Positions 45,419 to 47,377 of a stretch of 47,377 bases of DNA are shown piece by piece. The notes under the pieces are model-generated. The model was given only the letters and a program-made list of their open reading frames with translations, was not told the origin of the DNA and did not search any database. The translations under genes were made by a program, and so were the position numbers. The stretch lies in the IMG/VR virus record IMGVR_UViG_3300029893_000002. One strand, 5' to 3'. How positions within the stretch are numbered: the first letter of the stretch is position 1; each line of letters starts with the position of its first letter. This DNA is from a virus.

Positions 45419-47377
45419 ATGGCTAGCGGAATCGTCTATCGGCGAAGCACCGAGCGGCAGGCCAAGGCCTACCAGCGATCTCCGCGGATGGAGGCCAACC
45501 CGGGCGTTGCCGCACTCACGGTCGTCAACCCGGGACGGCCTCCTCGCGCCGGACGGCGGTACTCCGCCCGACGGTCTTCCAAGCGACCTGTGAAGGAGAG
45601 ACGAACGATGGCGTACCGAAGGACGGCGCTCAGGAGGAACTACGCACCCGCGGACAAGAAGGCCATTCTCCAGGCCGCCCGCGGCATCGACGCGCCCAAG
45701 CGCAAGCGGTCGGGCACGAAGCGGCGCTCGAGCAAGAAGCCGCGTGCGCGGCGCTCGAAGAAGGTGAGCCGCGCCTACTCGCAGTCGGTGTCGGCGGGGC
45801 GCCGCTACCAGGCGGCCGCGACGGCGTCGGCGAGCAAGCCGCGGCGCCGGCGCAAGAAGAAGACGAGCGGCCGCAAGAGCACGAAGCGGAGCCGGGCGGC
45901 GAAGAAGGCCTGGCAGACGCGGAAGCGTCGCTACGGCAAGAAGGGGACGAAGCGCTCGAGCCGCCGCAAGAGCCGCCGCCGGACGAGCGCCCGCAAGTCG
46001 AAGCGGCGCTCGAGCCGCAAGACGAGCCGGCGCCGCTCGAGCCGCAAGAGCTCGAAGCGGAGCGCAGCGGCGAAGAAGGCCTGGCGCACGCGCAAGCGGC
46101 TCTACGGCAAGAAGGGGACGAAGCGCTCCTCGCGTCGCCGCAAGAGCCGTCGCTCGAGTCGGGGCCGAAAGCGCGTCGCCCACGCGCGCCGCCGCTCGAG
46201 CCGCCGCCGGACGAGTCGCCGCAAGGGCAGCCGCCGCAAGAGCCGGCGGCGCACGAGCCGCCGCCGGACGACCGCGACGGTGGGCCGCAAGGTCTACCTC
46301 ACCGGCGTCCCGTCGATCGACCGCCAGCTCTCCCGCGGCCGCATCCCGGTCGCCGTCCCGCAGTACCGGCACAAGGGGCGCCGCGTGTCGGTCAAGGCCT
46401 ACCCGAAGCGGGTCCGCGGGCGGCTCAGCCGCAAGGCGACCGTCCGGCCGCGTCGCCGGCGGTCGAAGCGGCGCACGAGCAAGAAGGTCGCTTCGGCCTA
46501 CCACGCGGGCGGCCGCGGGTACGCGTCGGGCATGGAGGCGTTCATGGCCGGGCAGATGGCCGCCAACCCCCGCATGACCATCTACCAGGACGGCCGGGGC
46601 CGCTCGTTCATGGTCACGCCGCTCGGCCCGAAGGCGAGCAAGACCTCGAAGCGTCGCAGCATCCCGGTGCTCGTGGCGCCCCACCTCATCCCGCGCGCCC
46701 GCGTGACGAAGCGGCGCCGCAAGAAGAAGAAGTCCGCCGCCGCGATGGCGAGCAACCGAAGGAGGACCAGCATGAGAAGGAACCCGAGGAGCCGCCGCCG
46801 CCGCAGCCGCCGCCGTGGCAGCCGGCGTGGGACGCGGCGGCGCAGCATCCGCCGTCGCATGCGGCGGAACCCGAGGATCTTCGGCACCGACGTCGTGCGG
46901 GGCGTGCTCGTCCCGGTCGGCGTCGCCGGAGGAGGGTTCCTCGCCGCGCGCGTCGCGGGCAACGCCGTGGCGCAGGTCGATGCGCTGTCGAGCCGCACGG
47001 GCGAGATCGGCGCCCGCGCGATCGGCAACGGCCTCGGCATCCTGGCCACGCTGTTCGCGAGCCGGCAGGTGCCGCGCCTGCGGCCCTACCAGGGCGCGCT
47101 CGTGACGGGCATGGGCATCGCCCTGCTCGACAACCTCATCGCGCAGTTCGGCGGTGAGGGCGGCCCGCTGTCGTTCCTCGGCAGCGATCCGTACTCGCGC
47201 GGCCTGCTCGGCGCCTACTACGCCGACACCTCGCACGCGGGAGCGCCGTACGCGTCCATGATGGGCGAGTACGTCCGCGAGCCGGTGCTCGGCGAGTACG
47301 TGTCCGAGGACGTGGACGCCGCCATCGGCGAGTACGTCCAGGACGGCGGCTACTTCGAGGCGGGCGTCAACCCGGCC
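45419..47377 (+). CDS. Protamine-like Arg/Lys/Ser-rich membrane-anchored protein, 3'-truncated (putative virion core/DNA-condensing precursor)
   Basis: Manual translation: no stop from ATG 45419 to the window end. Long R/K/S tracts, repeated MxxNP, hydrophobic segments, then GEYV repeats. Missing from the ORF track, presumably because it lacks a stop. Confidence 0.85.
   Translation, partial: MASGIVYRRSTERQAKAYQRSPRMEANPGVAALTVVNPGRPPRAGRRYSARRSSKRPVKERRTMAYRRTALRRNYAPADKKAILQAARGIDAPKRKRSGTKRRSSKKPRARRSKKVSRAYSQSVSAGRRYQAAATASASKPRRRRKKKTSGRKSTKRSRAAKKAWQTRKRRYGKKGTKRSSRRKSRRRTSARKSKRRSSRKTSRRRSSRKSSKRSAAAKKAWRTRKRLYGKKGTKRSSRRRKSRRSSRGRKRVAHARRRSSRRRTSRRKGSRRKSRRRTSRRRTTATVGRKVYLTGVPSIDRQLSRGRIPVAVPQYRHKGRRVSVKAYPKRVRGRLSRKATVRPRRRRSKRRTSKKVASAYHAGGRGYASGMEAFMAGQMAANPRMTIYQDGRGRSFMVTPLGPKASKTSKRRSIPVLVAPHLIPRARVTKRRRKKKKSAAAMASNRRRTSMRRNPRSRRRRSRRRGSRRGTRRRSIRRRMRRNPRIFGTDVVRGVLVPVGVAGGGFLAARVAGNAVAQVDALSSRTGEIGARAIGNGLGILATLFASRQVPRLRPYQGALVTGMGIALLDNLIAQFGGEGGPLSFLGSDPYSRGLLGAYYADTSHAGAPYASMMGEYVREPVLGEYVSEDVDAAIGEYVQDGGYFEAGVNPA
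45896..46128 (+). repeat. Intragenic direct repeat encoding AAKKAW[QR]TRKR[RL]YGKKGTKRS
   Basis: Copies at 45896-45957 and 46067-46128. Confidence 0.85.

Larger units (their letters stand above)
1..47377. mobile_element. Phage/provirus genome segment, probably tailless and membrane-containing
   Basis: DUF927 primase-helicase with an origin candidate, dense translationally coupled small ORFs, DNA-modification genes and divergent early/late blocks. No housekeeping operons. No terminase, portal or tail recognised. Confidence 0.85.

Noticed and set aside
45041-47236. 731-aa minus-strand ORF in the track
   Set aside because: Only its last ~75 codons (45041-45268) look like a real gene. The rest mirrors the plus-strand basic ORF, which has RBSs, repeats and TM segments.
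1-47377. High frequency of CTCGAG/TCGA/GATC words
   Set aside because: Explicable by codon usage (CTC-GAG, ATC, GTC-GAC) in a high-GC genome; not quantified.
1-47377. tRNA, rRNA, integrase/att sites, capsid, packaging ATPase
   Set aside because: None recognisable by eye in this window; they may lie outside it or be too divergent.

Overview
This high-GC window is best read as part of a bacteriophage or provirus genome. The host is probably Myxococcota-like, inferred only from lipoprotein style and composition. Layout: (1) a 5'-truncated Toprim/DUF3854-like + DUF927 primase-helicase followed by an iteron and inverted-repeat origin candidate (2175-2630). (2) A roughly 25 kb, mostly minus-strand early/accessory region of small ORFs. 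It carries DNA-modification genes (N6-adenine MTase, C5 MTase with 8 internal repeats, XF1762/Mom-like GNAT, PAPS-reductase family), a WbpB-like sugar oxidase, a Csx16-like ring-nuclease fusion, a beta-clamp-like protein, SprT, DUF2786 and two lipoproteins. A plus-strand island with a spanin-like pair and two glycosyltransferases interrupts it. (3) A plus-strand late region from 29283 with an RyR-domain protein and a transglutaminase-fold Cys-His-Asp enzyme. This is followed by about 13 consecutive membrane-anchored proteins sharing a G[LVI]P[VLYM]W[AG] anchor and recurrent [LM]G/GLG motifs, and then by a >650-aa protamine-like, membrane-anchored ORF (45419 to window end, absent from the ORF track) punctuated by MxxNP motifs. 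No terminase, portal, tail, integrase, capsid or packaging ATPase was recognised. The late region suggests a tailless, internal-membrane virus with a possibly undescribed proteolytic maturation or sorting system. All family assignments are motif recognition by eye, with no database searches.
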